Source: Sphagnum compactum (taxonomy: Eukaryota). Taken from it: a stretch of 64,000 nt of DNA. The DNA lies in the NCBI GenBank assembly GCA_965153455.1, contig OZ234494.1:9486001-9550000 (forward strand), given 5' to 3'. Made by a program: the position numbers and the translations under genes. The notes beneath the pieces are model-generated. The model ran no database searches. It was not told where the DNA came from and saw nothing but the letters and a program-made list of their open reading frames with translations. Positions 25,111-38,700 of the stretch are shown here, piece by piece (position 1 is the stretch's first letter; each line of letters starts with the position of its first letter).

Positions 25111-27712
25111 TTTAGTACCTTTATCAGAAACATATTTTGAAAGTGATTTTTTTCTTAATAAGAATTGCATTGTGTGACTTTTTTTTTGTTGATTAATTAT
25201 ATACCATATTGTGTTTTTCCTTGTCTCTTCATTTCCTTTTTTATCACTCTCCAACTATTCATTTTACCTTTTCTTTGTACTTGTATTATTTTGAAAATCT
25301 AATGATAAAAATTTCCATTTTGTGCATGCACGATCCATGTTCAGTATTATTTATTGATTGCAGACAATTTGATTGAACTATTGTTCATATTTAATTTTTA
25401 ACGTTTTATTTATTCACCGATATGTTTTTCATCATCATGCTTGAAATGCATTCAAATGAGGTCAAATCTGTTAAAAGTTTACAAACCCAATCACATTTGC
25501 CCCACAAAATCATTTTGAAAATGTTAATACTTGTATGTGAAATTTTAAATGAAATATGTACAATAATCGTAATGTATGAACTTTTAATTTACATAACTAG
25601 AAATCATTCACCAATTCAAACGTGTTTCTACAAAAGAAATATATATTTTGTTTCATAATGGGTGATGAAATTAGACATTATTAAGTTTCAAAATCTTTGT
25701 AAGTCAATAAGGCTTTCCTAATCATGCTTGTCATAAAAAAGGTGTGGTAACATTCCCAAAAATCGATGGAAAGCTCGTCAAGAATACATTGTGGTCTTCA
25801 ACCTTAAGTTAAAAAATGTGAACATTAATCATCCTCAATGATTTGTTGGAAATTAACATTGTTGGGCAATTAACAAGATTTGGATCAAACAACCAATAAA
25901 ATATATACGGCTTTATATTTCCTTAATAACATGGTATGAAAAAAGTTAAGCTACAATTAAACCTAATGTTAGGTCTCATAATCTTCAATATTGAACATTA
26001 AATAATATCATGTAAAAAAAACAACATATGTTAATTAGGGTTGATCTAAAAGTTGGTCAATTTTTCCTACTCATTCACACCTATAAAACCCATGGAAAAA
26101 CATTCATTAATATTAACTTAAAGCCCCCTTTCATGGGTTGCTGACTAACACCATGTTTTCATTTCAATGTTTCATTCACACATGAAGGTAATAATAATGT
26201 TAAGTCTCCTTATTTATCACAATTATAACTAGTTATATACAAAGTAATAAGAACATATAACCCCTGCATACCTAACATACTTACTCAACTACAACAATAT
26301 CAATAGACCTAAACCCTAATGTTGTATCAGAATTGCCAACTTATCATTATGGCAACAACTCATTTGCGAGCACAAAAAACTTCTTGTTTGAAAACAATAA
26401 GATTATGTTTTGATAAGCCTGAATATGATTGTGAGTGTGAGAACGGTTAATTTTGAAAAAGAATGATTGAAATATTGTGGAGAACAAGCAATTTTGAAAA
26501 AAAATTCATCATTAAGAAATTGGAGGTGAATCAAATTTAACAAGAATGCAATAGTGAACATCAAGAATGCATAATAAAAGAAGTGACAACTAAAAGGAAT
26601 CATGTGTGCTTATCACATGGTAATCACAAGCTCCAACATTCCATTGTCATAACTACTCCCAACCAAACAAAAAAGTTGTTATATGGCTCATGCAAAAGGG
26701 AAGAGAAGGTCACAATAGCAATAACAAATGATGATGGCTTTGAAAATGTTGATAAAAAGATGCCACAACAATAACAAATTCTCATCTTCTTCTATCATTT
26801 TTAACAATGTGTGAAGAATGCTCATTTGTGTTTCTTTTGCAAAGGAATGCATCACAATTGTTATTGTATTGTACATGCAAAAAATAAGAAACTCCCAACC
26901 ATATATCCCTTCAAAAACTCAAAGAGATCACATTATTTCCCACCAATCTTGTTTTTACAAGGAAGTTTGACAAATGTGAATGAACTTATAGGGGATGTTC
27001 ACGATGATGCGAGACTCTCACCTCATAGGCTCGTATATGTTCATCACACTTTGAGAAACTCACATTGTTTAGATGTTAACACTCTAAATGCTTTACAAAG
27101 AGCAAATTTGAAAAAGAATTGGGAAGGAAATAAGAACCATAGGTGAAAAAATTGATAATTTTTTCAAACGATGTGATTCGAAGCTGATAAGTTATGACCA
27201 CTGAAAGCGGCAAAAAATCTACAATATAACCAAAAAACATAGAATGGTGAATAAAAATTTGCAATCTCATATCTTGTTTATAGCCAGATTTGTCAAAATC
27301 TTTTTTCTATGGATTATCGCAACTTTGGCGATGTCATGAAATTCATGAACAATGCATTCGCATGTGAGGAATTTGGGTAGTACCTAGTATGCTCCATTAC
27401 AACATGGTTTTCATGTGGAAATATTTGTACAGCATTCATGTGGATGTGCATAATGGTCATGTGAATTCTGCATAACGGTCATGTGGAATTTGCATAATGG
27501 TCTTGTAGATAATAGGTCTTGGCACCTGCACAAGTTAGGTCTGGTAGACAGTCACAGGATCTCTTCAATTCTGCCTTGTAATGTGGACTAAAAAAGAGGT
27601 AGAAAAAAGGCCACATGAATACCATCACTTATTATTATTAATTAGCCCTCAATCTAATCTTTCCAGATTGTTCTCAGACAAAATCTGAGATGAAATCCAG
27701 ACCGTCAACGTG

Positions 27713-27851
27713 AAACCCTAAATCAAACAGGCTCGGAACCACACCAGGAAGCACCCCGAGAACAATTAGGGTTAGGGTTTCACTGGCCAAAGCTTCGCGC
27801 GACCCTTCCATTACTACTTCCGTTGTACTGAAGCAAGAGAGCCACAGAGAT

Positions 27852-27882
<31 letters not shown>
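27713..27882 (+). promoter_or_regulatory. MBF1 promoter/5' leader with telo-boxes and a GA repeat
   Basis: AAACCCTAA at 27713-27721, TTAGGGTTAGGGTTT at 27766-27780, and (GA)n at ~27855-27882. Telo-boxes are established elements of plant translation-related genes. Confidence 0.55.
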
Positions 27883-27887
<5 letters not shown>

Positions 27888-28017
27888 ACAGGACATCGAG
27901 AAAGAGTACGTAGTGCGTTTCTGAAACCATTTTCTTTTTGGAGAATTGAGTATTTGTTTGAGAGTTGTTGGTTGTGTTTTTTTTCTTTTTTGTGAAGGAG
28001 AGAAGGAAAAAGGAGCC

Positions 28018-29833
28018 ATGGCAGGTATAGGACCAGTGTCGCAGGACTGGGAGCCGGTGGTAGTGAGGAAGAAGGCGCCCGGCGCAGCGGCCAAGAAGGA
28101 TGAGAAGGCCGTGAACGAAGCTCGCCGTGCTGGTGGCCCAATCGAAACCATCAAGAAATGTAAGAAATTCCCTTCTTGCATGTTTGTTCACAACTCTTTT
28201 TGGAAGTGTTGCGGGGTTTTCTGTTTTTCTGATGAAGATGTTTTGTCTGTGGAGCTTTTCTCCAGCATTTGTTTCAGTCGAAGTTATTTCCTGAGTTCTT
28301 TTTTTGGGGGGAAGAAAATGCCGAAACTTGAATCTGAGGGCCACAACTAGCTGCTCTCTGTTCTTCTGTCGCTCTTTTGAAGGGGGAAAAAGTCTCTAGT
28401 GAAGAGAGAAAGCTTCAAAAACCTTGCAAACTTGCTGGCCAGAGGAATTTCCTGATATGTAATCCCCCCATGTCAGGGGAGTCAATTGGTATGATGATGA
28501 CAAAGCTGATTTCATTGCCTTGAAAGAAGTTCAATAAGCATGTTTGAGGCTTAGGGTTTGCTTTCATTATGCCCTTTAACTATACATGAGAAAGTTTATG
28601 AAAACGGCTGTCTGCCATGGAAGAGGGGATAGGTGATGGATGACCTTGGATGCATCCGCTCTGTTAGCTGTCCTCAATTTTTTTTGTATTTTATGTGTTT
28701 CTCTTGCTCTACTCTTTCACCTGTGTGCTTAGAGTTGCTACATCAAGCATTGCTGATGTTCTTAGTCACAAGCTGGGACGCTCATCTCAGCTTAGATTTC
28801 TGCATATTTCTCTGATATCATTGATAATGTCAGAGCATGGTGGATTTTTATGAGGGTACAAAATACAGTAGTTGCTGCTAAGGGAGTTTTGTCAGCACAT
28901 GTGTAACAGAACCTGTCATGGTTGGCTTATGGCAGAAGCCTATAGTAGTGTCGTATATTCTCCCAGTCTGAGATTGTACCTGGATTGGGGGACCTTGTAC
29001 AGGGGCCAGCTCAAATGAATGGAGTTTGCTCTCACAAGCATGTTGCAGCTTGATGAGCATACTACATACCTCATTTTAATAGCTAATATGTGGAGTGCAA
29101 TGACATGACAGTTACCTTCAAAGTGTCATTGAGGAGTTTTGTCTGCAATCTCATAGATATGTTTGTTGTCCAGTCAATGCAGGATCAAACAAAGCTGCCA
29201 CCAGTGCCACTGGCTTGAACACAAAAAAGCTTGATGATGAGACAGAAGTCCTTTCACGTAAGTGTTTTCAACCTACACCTTTTGTCACTGAATCACATTT
29301 TCCAGAGGTCTAAATATGAAACTAATGGCAGGCCTTCTGCTGAGGAGCTAGATGTGCTGATGTCAACCATTGAAGCAATCTACTGTTGCTAGATTCTTTT
29401 GTGGGATCTTGCATATTTTGTTGTAGCCCTTAAACCTAGCATGGGAAAAAGGTGCTGACGTGCTTCTGTGGCAGATGAGCGAATATCTACAGATCTGAAG
29501 AAGAATATCATGCAGGCACGCCTCGACAAGAAGCTGACACAAGCACAACTTGCACAGGTACTGATGGCTTCATATTATCCAGTTCAGCATAACTATTTTG
29601 TGCGCAATGTACAGTAGTTCATTTGTGATGCTCTTGATCATCCCATGCACTTACTTAGCTCACAGCATAGTGGTGAAGGACTAAAGGTTTGTCTTCTCGA
29701 TTTCTGGCAGCAAATCAATGAAAAACCACAGGTCATTCAGGAGTATGAATCAGGGAAAGCGATCCCAAACAATCAAATCATTACAAAACTAGAGCGTGTT
29801 CTTGGTGTCAAGCTGAGGGGTGGCAAGAAATGA
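28018..29833 (+). CDS. MBF1: Multiprotein bridging factor 1 (MBF1a/b-type), 143 aa
   Basis: Exons 28018-28159, 29174-29257, 29475-29557, 29711-29833, all GT-AG, 432 nt. Protein: [19 protein letters not shown]...[11 protein letters not shown]...[11 protein letters not shown]...[57 protein letters not shown]. Confidence 0.96.
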
Positions 29834-31719
29834 GCGTCCCTGTACAGATCCAAGCTTCAGACAAGCTGCTTTTCAAATCTTTGAGCTTTCATCAAGAGTG
29901 TTCTCACTGGTTTTCTTTCGTCAATTGAGTGATTGGTTCTTGATTTGGCTTTTTGTAGCCTGGAATGGGCAAAGATATATCATGCTCTGTGAGTTGTGAT
30001 CAGACTCTTAATTGTAGATTTGTGCATTTTATTGGGCCTTTGTGGTAACATAATCAATTCGCTGGTTTTTACATCTTGCCTGAACTCAATTCAATTGAGC
30101 CAGAACGTAATACAAATTTTGTAAATTCTTTTTCCGGATCATTAGTCATTTATTAGCAATTGCATTTGGGGTTTAAAGTTGCCATTCCTTGTCCACTCTA
30201 ATCAAACAAGGTATTGGGTTTCCACCTATGTGTTTCCTCCTCCACTTCTGGATTTTAGTTGGACTTGGCTAATGAAGCATGGGGAAATGTTGTAGCACCC
30301 ATTTCACTCATAGGGCGAGTGCAGAAATTGTAGAGCTTGGTAAGAGTGTTAGATATTGCTTGCAGTCAGTTGGGGTAGGAATTGTGGGTGTTACTGAGCA
30401 TGTTAGATATTCCTTCCATTGAATAGTTGATGAAATCACAGAAACTAAATCGAAAATTGAATGTGAGTTCCAAAATGTGGTGACTTAGCACTATAGCATA
30501 CTTGGGGAAGGTGCTATGAGGGAAGAGAACTTGTAATCCTTCTTTCCCTTTTGTATGGTAGTCAGATGGGTGTTCTATGTTGGGTTACTGTACATGGAAA
30601 TGTTTGCCATCAATGAGATTTAAATGCTAATGGTGCAAAGGTGGGTACACAACATGACAGATATTGTGTGCAATTGGGTTGATTTCTTATCATGTTCCAT
30701 CTTGGTGCAACAATATATACACATATATGTATGCATATGTTCAACTGATTCTCTATTGTAAGTATATTCATTGTAGCTTGCAGTACTAGTTTCTTTTGAT
30801 TTAATGTGTTTTATCAATAACTTGCTTTGTTTCATTTTTAATATTTATAATTGGAAATTCTTATATTTCAATTTCTTTGAACTGTCATTATGAAAATTTG
30901 GGTGTATTCATGGCTTTTAAATAGTTGTGTTGTTTTAATTCAAATGACAACAAAAGGATCATGATGACAATGGTCAATTTTTAGATTCATCTTTTTGTCT
31001 AGTATTGTCCTTGATTATTCTTTGGTTTTGTATTAACAAAATAATCAATTATTAGTCAATCAATGCCCACTCACTTATATCATATTTGTGCATCCAAATG
31101 TTTCATAATAATATTTAGCTAATATTTTCCCCAATTGTAATTATCATCACTATTGAGATTCTTTGCTTTCTATATGCTTCAAGCTTTGATGTTGATGTTC
31201 AATTTGCAAATTAACATATTTGAAAATAGAATTGCTTATATGTCTTCTAGACTTAAGGATATTCAAGAACATTCATGATGCACCAATGTGAAATTCTAAA
31301 CCTGTTGATTTTCATAAATATCAATATTAATTTCAAAGAATTGATCTTTGTGAGTACCTATGTTGCAAGCAACCAAACGCATGAAGGCAATAGGTGCAAG
31401 TGGCACCTAGTATTTGTAAAAAATGTTGGCTTGAATATAAGTTTAGTGTTTACAATTACATGCAAGATGATGTTTGAACTCGTCAAAAAAGTGTGGTGTG
31501 ATGAATTGATATTTAGATAACGATTACATGCTACTTGCACTTTCTTTGAAATATGCAAATATTGAGTGAGGTTTGGATCAATTGGGTGGAACTTTAAACC
31601 TTAAATTGTGGAACTATCTCAACTTAGTCAATCAACATTAAAGTTCATTACGATTATGAACTATGAAAAACCAACACAAGAATTTTCAAAATTTTGGGCT
31701 TCATTTCAAGGCTGTAGGA

Positions 31720-32794
31720 TCATTTCGTTATTACATAATGTAAAGGGCGTCGTGGTCGTCAGGCGTGGTCGTCTGGCGTCGTCGCGATGAAATGAAGCTT
31801 TTTTCATTCATCATCTGACCCGTCCATCCCCCGGCAACGTCGTGGTCGTGAAACTTCGGGATGAAATGAAGCTTTCCATGCAGACGTCGGGATGAAATGA
31901 AACTTTCCATCCGTCCGTCCGTCCGTCATCCATCCCGTCATCCGTCCCATCATCCATCCAAACAGAACAAATATATATTTTTAAAAGGGAGAAAACTAGA
32001 AAAAAAATAAAAACAAAAAAACACTTTAACAATTAGAAACTTTTTGTAAACACTTAAACATGAAACAAAAAAGGGAAATACAGTAAAATAATCTTAAAAG
32101 AAAATTAAAAAATAGATGACAAAAAATAAGAAACAAAACAGAGAGCAAAAGAAAGAGAAAAAAAACCATACTTGAAAAAAAAATGAGGTTTGTCTTCTTT
32201 TTCCAAACTTCAAACCTGCATCTAATCAAACAAATTTTTTGTTTAAATTATAAAACATATTAGAAAAACTAGAATATTTTTTGGAAAAGAAAATAGAAAC
32301 TAAATAAATAAATAAACGCATAATTATTTTTTTAAATGAAGATAGACAAAATAAGAATAGAAAAAATTAAAACATGAAACAAACATAAACAAAAAAGTAA
32401 AACACAAAAACTATAAAAAAGGAATGGAAACAAATGAAACAAGGAAAGGGAAATACAGTAAAATCATTTTAAAGAAAAAAAATTACAAAAAAGAAGAAAC
32501 CAAATAAAGAGTAGGAAATAAGAAAAAAATAAAACTTATAATAATGAAGAAAAACCCTACTTGAAAAAGAATGAGGTGTGTCTTTTTTCTCCAAACTTCA
32601 AACTTGCATCCAAATAAACAAAAATACAAAAGTGAAAAAGAAACACTTTATTTTTATTTTACAAAATAATAATAAAAACAGAAAACACATAAAAATAAAA
32701 AATAAAAAAGATAAAAGTTTTAAAAAAAAACTAAAACATGAACCAAACATTGTTGAAATAACACACCTGTGCATTAGGCACGGGTTCAAACTAG
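31720..32794 (+). mobile_element. Non-autonomous Helitron
   Basis: Canonical 3' end: hairpin CCTGTGC-ATTAG-GCACGGG followed by TTCAAA CTAG|T (32791-32795). The 5' end is A|TC at 31720, followed by a CGTC-rich microsatellite (~31745-31960) and an A-rich, internally duplicated body. Confidence 0.75.
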
Positions 32795-35700
32795 TTTTAA
32801 TGTAAGGGTGGTTTGTTGGAAAAACATGAAAAGGCTTTTCCATGGAAGCTTTTAAATCAAAGGCAAAGGTTACTTTTCAATTCTACCCCTTTGTGAAAAT
32901 AAGCCATCATGACCTATTGAACAATATCCTTGATAGATTAGTTAATGGAGGTTGAATTGCTTATGATAAAAATAACTTTACATAAATTAGTTTTACAAGA
33001 TTACAAAGTTTTGCATGGCATACATATTAAGGATTTTATATGGAAGGTTATCCTAGCCCAAGATCAAACTATCTTTCCTTAGTATTGAAATTAAGAACTT
33101 CCAAGTGTGGGTTAGGAATTTTTTTGAGGAAAAGATGTACCTAGCAAGCAAGGTAGGTCAATTGGAATCTATCTAAATCATAAGCCGCGTCCCAAGTTAG
33201 TCCCATAACACATGAGAATTAAGAAAATTGTCAATGCGAAATTATGCTGATACAACTTGGAAGCTAACAATGTTTCTGATATGCTAATTTATTCTCAATT
33301 TTACATCAAAAGAAATAACAAAAGGGCTACTAGTTTAAAATACACTCTTTTGTGAAAAACACGATTAACTTTCTTCATGTTTGGCAACCTTTTTAATCCT
33401 GTCAACACCATTAGAACAACAATTCTTGAATGGGTCAAGTTTCCTTGGGATATGGCTTGTGTTGTAGCATTTACTTAAAACAATTGTAGGGGTCACTAGG
33501 GGATGGTGCAAGTGAACAATGTGGGTAGTGCATATGTGTGCTTTCCAAGGACAATGAAAAGTCCTTAGTATGTACACATCCCATAAGAACACAAATTGAA
33601 GAAATTTTCAACACCTCATATGATCCCCAATTAGAGCTTGTAAGCAACTGAATCACATTGAAAAGTTCAAGGCTTTTGAAGCAAATGAGATTAGTAAAAG
33701 AAGTGATGGGAATCGAGACCAAGAAGTCTTAAATTGACTTGATTCTAATTGCGAGGAAATGAAAAAGTCTCAAATGAAGTTGACAATGAAAATGACCAAT
33801 CCAAGGTGAACAAGATAATTGGAGGAATAAGTCCCAATTAGTGATTTGTTTTTCAATGTTTCTCTAATGTTGGATCATTGGCTTGCATCCCAAGAGAGAT
33901 TTAGCATTAAATGGCAACAGGTTTTCAGACCTTGTCTAATTTTTTTTAAATAGTTTAAATTTATTCTTTTATTTAAGATGGGCCTCTTTAATTCACAAAA
34001 AAAAAAAACCACTCAAATTATGGACACACTCAAAATTAAAGATCAATTGTGTAACCTATTAAGCTTAAAAGGGTAAAATTTTAAGCAAAGGATATGGGAT
34101 AAAGTGTGTGCTATTGGGAACAGTTTGGGGAACACATTGAGAACCTCCTGGGACCACGATGGGAACTTTAAAATCGAAAATAAATCTCAAACCCCGACCT
34201 TCTCCGCCCCCCCAAAAGGGAAAAAGCTGGGCCCTCATAGGTCCATGTTGGCTGTGAGAATTTTCTGTTCTTAAAGGTTTTCATCACAATTTTGGCTTGC
34301 ACTATTATTATTTCCTAAGAGCCTGGGTACCTATTTGCGAGACCGATAGAAAACTTAGTGCTGAAGGACAGGTCTTGCAAGTTATTCTTAGGCATGACAA
34401 AAAAAAAAAAATTTGACTAGGAAAAACACTCAAAGTTAGGGTTTAAATTCTTGCAAATGAGGGAAAGGGGTGCTCAAGTCTACCAAACTCCCATAGTTTA
34501 ATTGTTACCCCAATTAGGAAGTAAATTAAGGTTGGAGGCTGAGGATATTTCAAGCCCATGGAAGAAGACATTATACTCATTGCTTCACTTTCCTCTCATG
34601 TAGTCTAATGAAATCATGATACACAATAAAATGCTAGCTAATGTACAAAGGCCAAGAGCAAGAAGGCAGGCAGAAGTCTCAAATAAATTCAATGGGTGTT
34701 TTACAAAATGCTTGTTATGCCTAAATTTGGAGATGCTCAATAAACTATGGAAATGAAAGTGTGAAGACAACAACAACTGCAAATATTTGAAAACATTATA
34801 GAATGTGAAAATGTCGTTTTGGCAATGCCACCCAATCCGTGGTTGTTATTGGAAATAATTTTATGAAAAGTCTGGTGTCATTAGTAGAAAAAAGGTCGGT
34901 AGTAAACAGAAATTTGGGACAATTGAATGAAGATTGGCAAAGCATATGGGGAAATATATGTCACCCCCAACCCCCCCCCAATCTGTGGGCCTTACCCAAC
35001 ATAATGCACAAGGCTAACCTTATCATAAGCCATAAACACTAGGTACAGCACAAGGAGTCAAGAGTAAGAGGGATCTTATGCCTACTATTTGGGAGAGAAA
35101 GGGATCGGATGCTATAAGTAGGCGTAAGATCCCGCCTCTTTTTTGGAAGGACGATATAAGGTGCCCACCCCCAAATGTATTAGAGAAATTTTCCAAGTGC
35201 TTTAGACAGTCATTGAAGTTCAGAAGTTTCAGTAATTTTGTGTCTTGAAATTATCATCTTGAGTCATGTGTTCAATCGCACTTCTTTTTCTTGTTTTGAA
35301 GGATGTGGGGTTTCATCCTATGTCCTTACCTAGAAGGGCCCAACTTGGGCCTTGACCATGTATCATGTTTGGGAATCGATACATGTTTGTCAAGTTTGGG
35401 AATATAAGAGAAGGACCCAACTATCACCTATACAATGTGTTGGGGTTTTGAATACAAAGAGGGTGTGTTAGTTCCACGGAAAGCATAGCAACAAATTACA
35501 TGAGAGTAGAAATTCTTTAAATTTTGCATTTCTCTCTTTCCATAACTCCTAGCAGTGGTTTTTTTTACCAATTTTGTGATGTAGCCAATGCGGCGATCAT
35601 CCATAAGTTAATTTAGGCAAATTTGCCTATTTACAAAATTTGAAGGGAAAAGAATTTTATTTTTTTTGCTACCTACTTGAAACATATATTGAAGTTTGGC

Positions 35701-38700
35701 AATTTTTTAGATTTTTATTATCTTTGTGATTATCGAATTTGTGACAATATTTTTCTAAATTTTTGCAATAGTTCAAAGTTTAGTGCACAAAAAAACAGTT
35801 GCGCCTAAGTGATATTGGCCTTGATAACATCCTAAGTGTTGAGCTCTTTGTTTACAATTGATTTTGCTAGCAACACACACACACTCTTATTTAGGTCATT
35901 TTCCTTGTCAATTCTTTTCAAAAATCGGCCCATCTTCCTCACAAAGGTTGGACCAATCTTAGCCTTCTTCATGCATTGGAGAAGGTTTTCCATACTTTGT
36001 GTGGTCTTGAACATTCACTAAATAAATGTCCTAAATAAAACAACACGAAAAATTACCTAAATATTTAGGGTTTTTCAAGGGGAGATGGTTCACAACTTTT
36101 GTAGGAAGAGTTGTGACTTGTGACCCACTTTAGTACACCCCACCGCATAACAACTATGTTATGGAGCAGCAAACCACATAAACTACACAACTTTACAAGC
36201 TTTGTACATGGATTATTGACCTTGAATGAGTACAAATAGCCTTTTAGAAGACTTCATCTTTGATTATGTAACTAATCAGCAACTCCTTCAAATTGGAATA
36301 GAATCAATGTGAAGTGGTCACTTTGGCTAGAATTGTCAAATAAAATCATAAGGTGAAAAGGAAAATTGTATTCTAAATTTATATCTACAAATTGCATAAA
36401 ATTTAGAATCTAGATGTCTCACCCTTTTAGATTTGTCACTTTGTTGGGTTTGTGTTGTCTATAGTGACCGTAAATAAAGTTGTACCACATTTGGTGATTA
36501 GGTCATGAAGCAACTCTCCTCACTCTTGACCAGCCCCTATGTTTTGGTTCCAATCTGATTCCTTGGGGTTTGGGTTAAGTAGCTCAACAAAAACGTCGCC
36601 AAAAATCCAAATTTCAATGTCCTCACTTGAGATCAACAAGAGGAGAAAGTGGTGTTGCATCCAATGAACCTTTTCCTTCTTTCTAAGGCGATTCTTGATA
36701 TTATAACTTTGACTTCTTTTGGATCGGGGTAGAGTTCAACAACAAACAAATTGTCTTATCATTTTCTTTGTGGATTATGTGACCCAGCACCCCACCAGTG
36801 CACATCTATTGGAAATCCGTTATCACTTGGTTGTGGAGTTGTGGTTCATCCACAACTACCTTACAAAGGTCCCACCTTGGTAACCTATCCTAACCCTTGT
36901 GCTTCCACTTCACACTACCTATGTGAAGGGGTAAGAACTAAGTATCCTTAAGAAGTAGGTAGGTAATGTATGTGACTACTATGCAGGTAGGTAAGTAGGT
37001 ATGGCAATTGGTGAGTAATAGATAAGCACATGCATGCTGATGATTACTATATAGCTAACCACCATCACTAACCATAGCTAATCATCATAGCCAACATCGC
37101 TATTAGGTTGGCACATCAATACCTATGTTCCCGTCCACATACCATTCATCTTTGATGGTGTGTTGGTGGGTGCTGGTTCACTCTGGCCACGAGTGTGCAT
37201 CTATTTGAAACCCTTGATGACTCAAGTGAGTTACCAAAGTCCTATCTTGGTAACCTACATATAAACAACCCCCACATTTCCCCCCTTTTTTTAACCTAGG
37301 CAACAACCTATGTAAGAGGATGACTACTAAGTGCCATTGGTAAGTAGGCAGGTAAAAAGTAAGTGATCACTATCTAGGTAGGTAAGTAAGGTTGGCACAT
37401 GGTGGGTGTTGGGTAGGTAGGGTTTAGTATGGATGGTTCATGCATGTGGATGGTTAGTAGTTAGTAGTTAGCTAACTACCCTCTTTAGCTTTGGGACAGA
37501 AATACAATGAAAAAGTGTTTCTTGTCCAAACACCATCCATCCTGCATGGTACAATGTTGGCTGCTGATTCACTTGGAAGCCTGGCTGCAGGTGCTCGGTT
37601 ACATAATCCCTCTAATTGTCAGCTTTAGTTCCCATTACCCTTTTTAACATTATATAAAAGGCTTACTTCACCCTCCCTTGTAGTTTCCATGAGAACTATA
37701 TTACTTATTTGTGCTTCTTCATGTGAGCTGCCTTCTTGTCAACCCTCTCTCTATTTGGTTGCAGAGAAAATTTGTTATGGGTTGTCCTATCATGTCTAAC
37801 TAGCATGGCTTGTGCCATTGGCCCAAGTGTGAAGTCGTTGGGCAGAAATTAGTTGGGCACGAAAACTAATTTCTTTTTCAAATGATTCTTAAAAATTCAA
37901 TATATCTCACACCGTAGGTTTGAGATTATGAAATCACCTTTGAGAAATCTCATCCATCAAGTGCTTTCCAACAATATCAAAAGCATGCCCAATTTCCCTA
38001 AAAAAATTATTTTGATTTTGAAAAATATTCTTTCACAAAATTATTCAATAATATTCCAATAACTTGTGTAGTACCTTTTATCTAAACATTTGAAAATCAC
38101 CTCGGTGCACCCTTACTCATCAAGGGGCTTTTCAACAATACCAAGTGCATGACACAAAGCACCATGATTTGGGAGATCTCAATGTCACAAACAAAACAAA
38201 CAAACAACCTTCCTTAAGAGATAGATAGCCTCCTCCTTCCATAGATTTTTTTTGTTTTTTTCGCTTTTTGTTAAGTGTAGGGTAAGGATGTAAGGAGAAT
38301 GAATGGGGCCATTTTGAGAGTGAAGGCCTGGCACAAGATGGGAGTCGAGCGTGGTACCAAAATCGCATAACAACCCCATTTAAGGCTTTACCCGGCACAT
38401 TACACAATCTAATTTATTTGGATTTGTTGGAACCCCAAAGAGTTTGTGAGAAAGTCTTGCTCATTTACCATCTCCTCTTGTGGTGTGGCCTATGCCACAA
38501 CATGAGCATATATATATATATATATATACTAATGAGAAATGTGCAGATGGGTCTGTGAATAAAATTAACATTATAGTGAATTCAGTTTAGAATTTTTCTG
38601 CATGCTAAAAAGGACACAGACCGATTCATCTTTCATGAATATTTCGGCTTTTGATCACTTTGTCTTGTTTTTTTCCCTTGTGGAGTGCAAGTTGGTTGGA

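Noticed and set aside
25300..27150. Possible decayed transposon coding sequence between TXNL4B and MBF1 (similarly 32800-33950)
   Set aside because: No motif I can confidently recognise; the short ORFs look like AT-rich noise.
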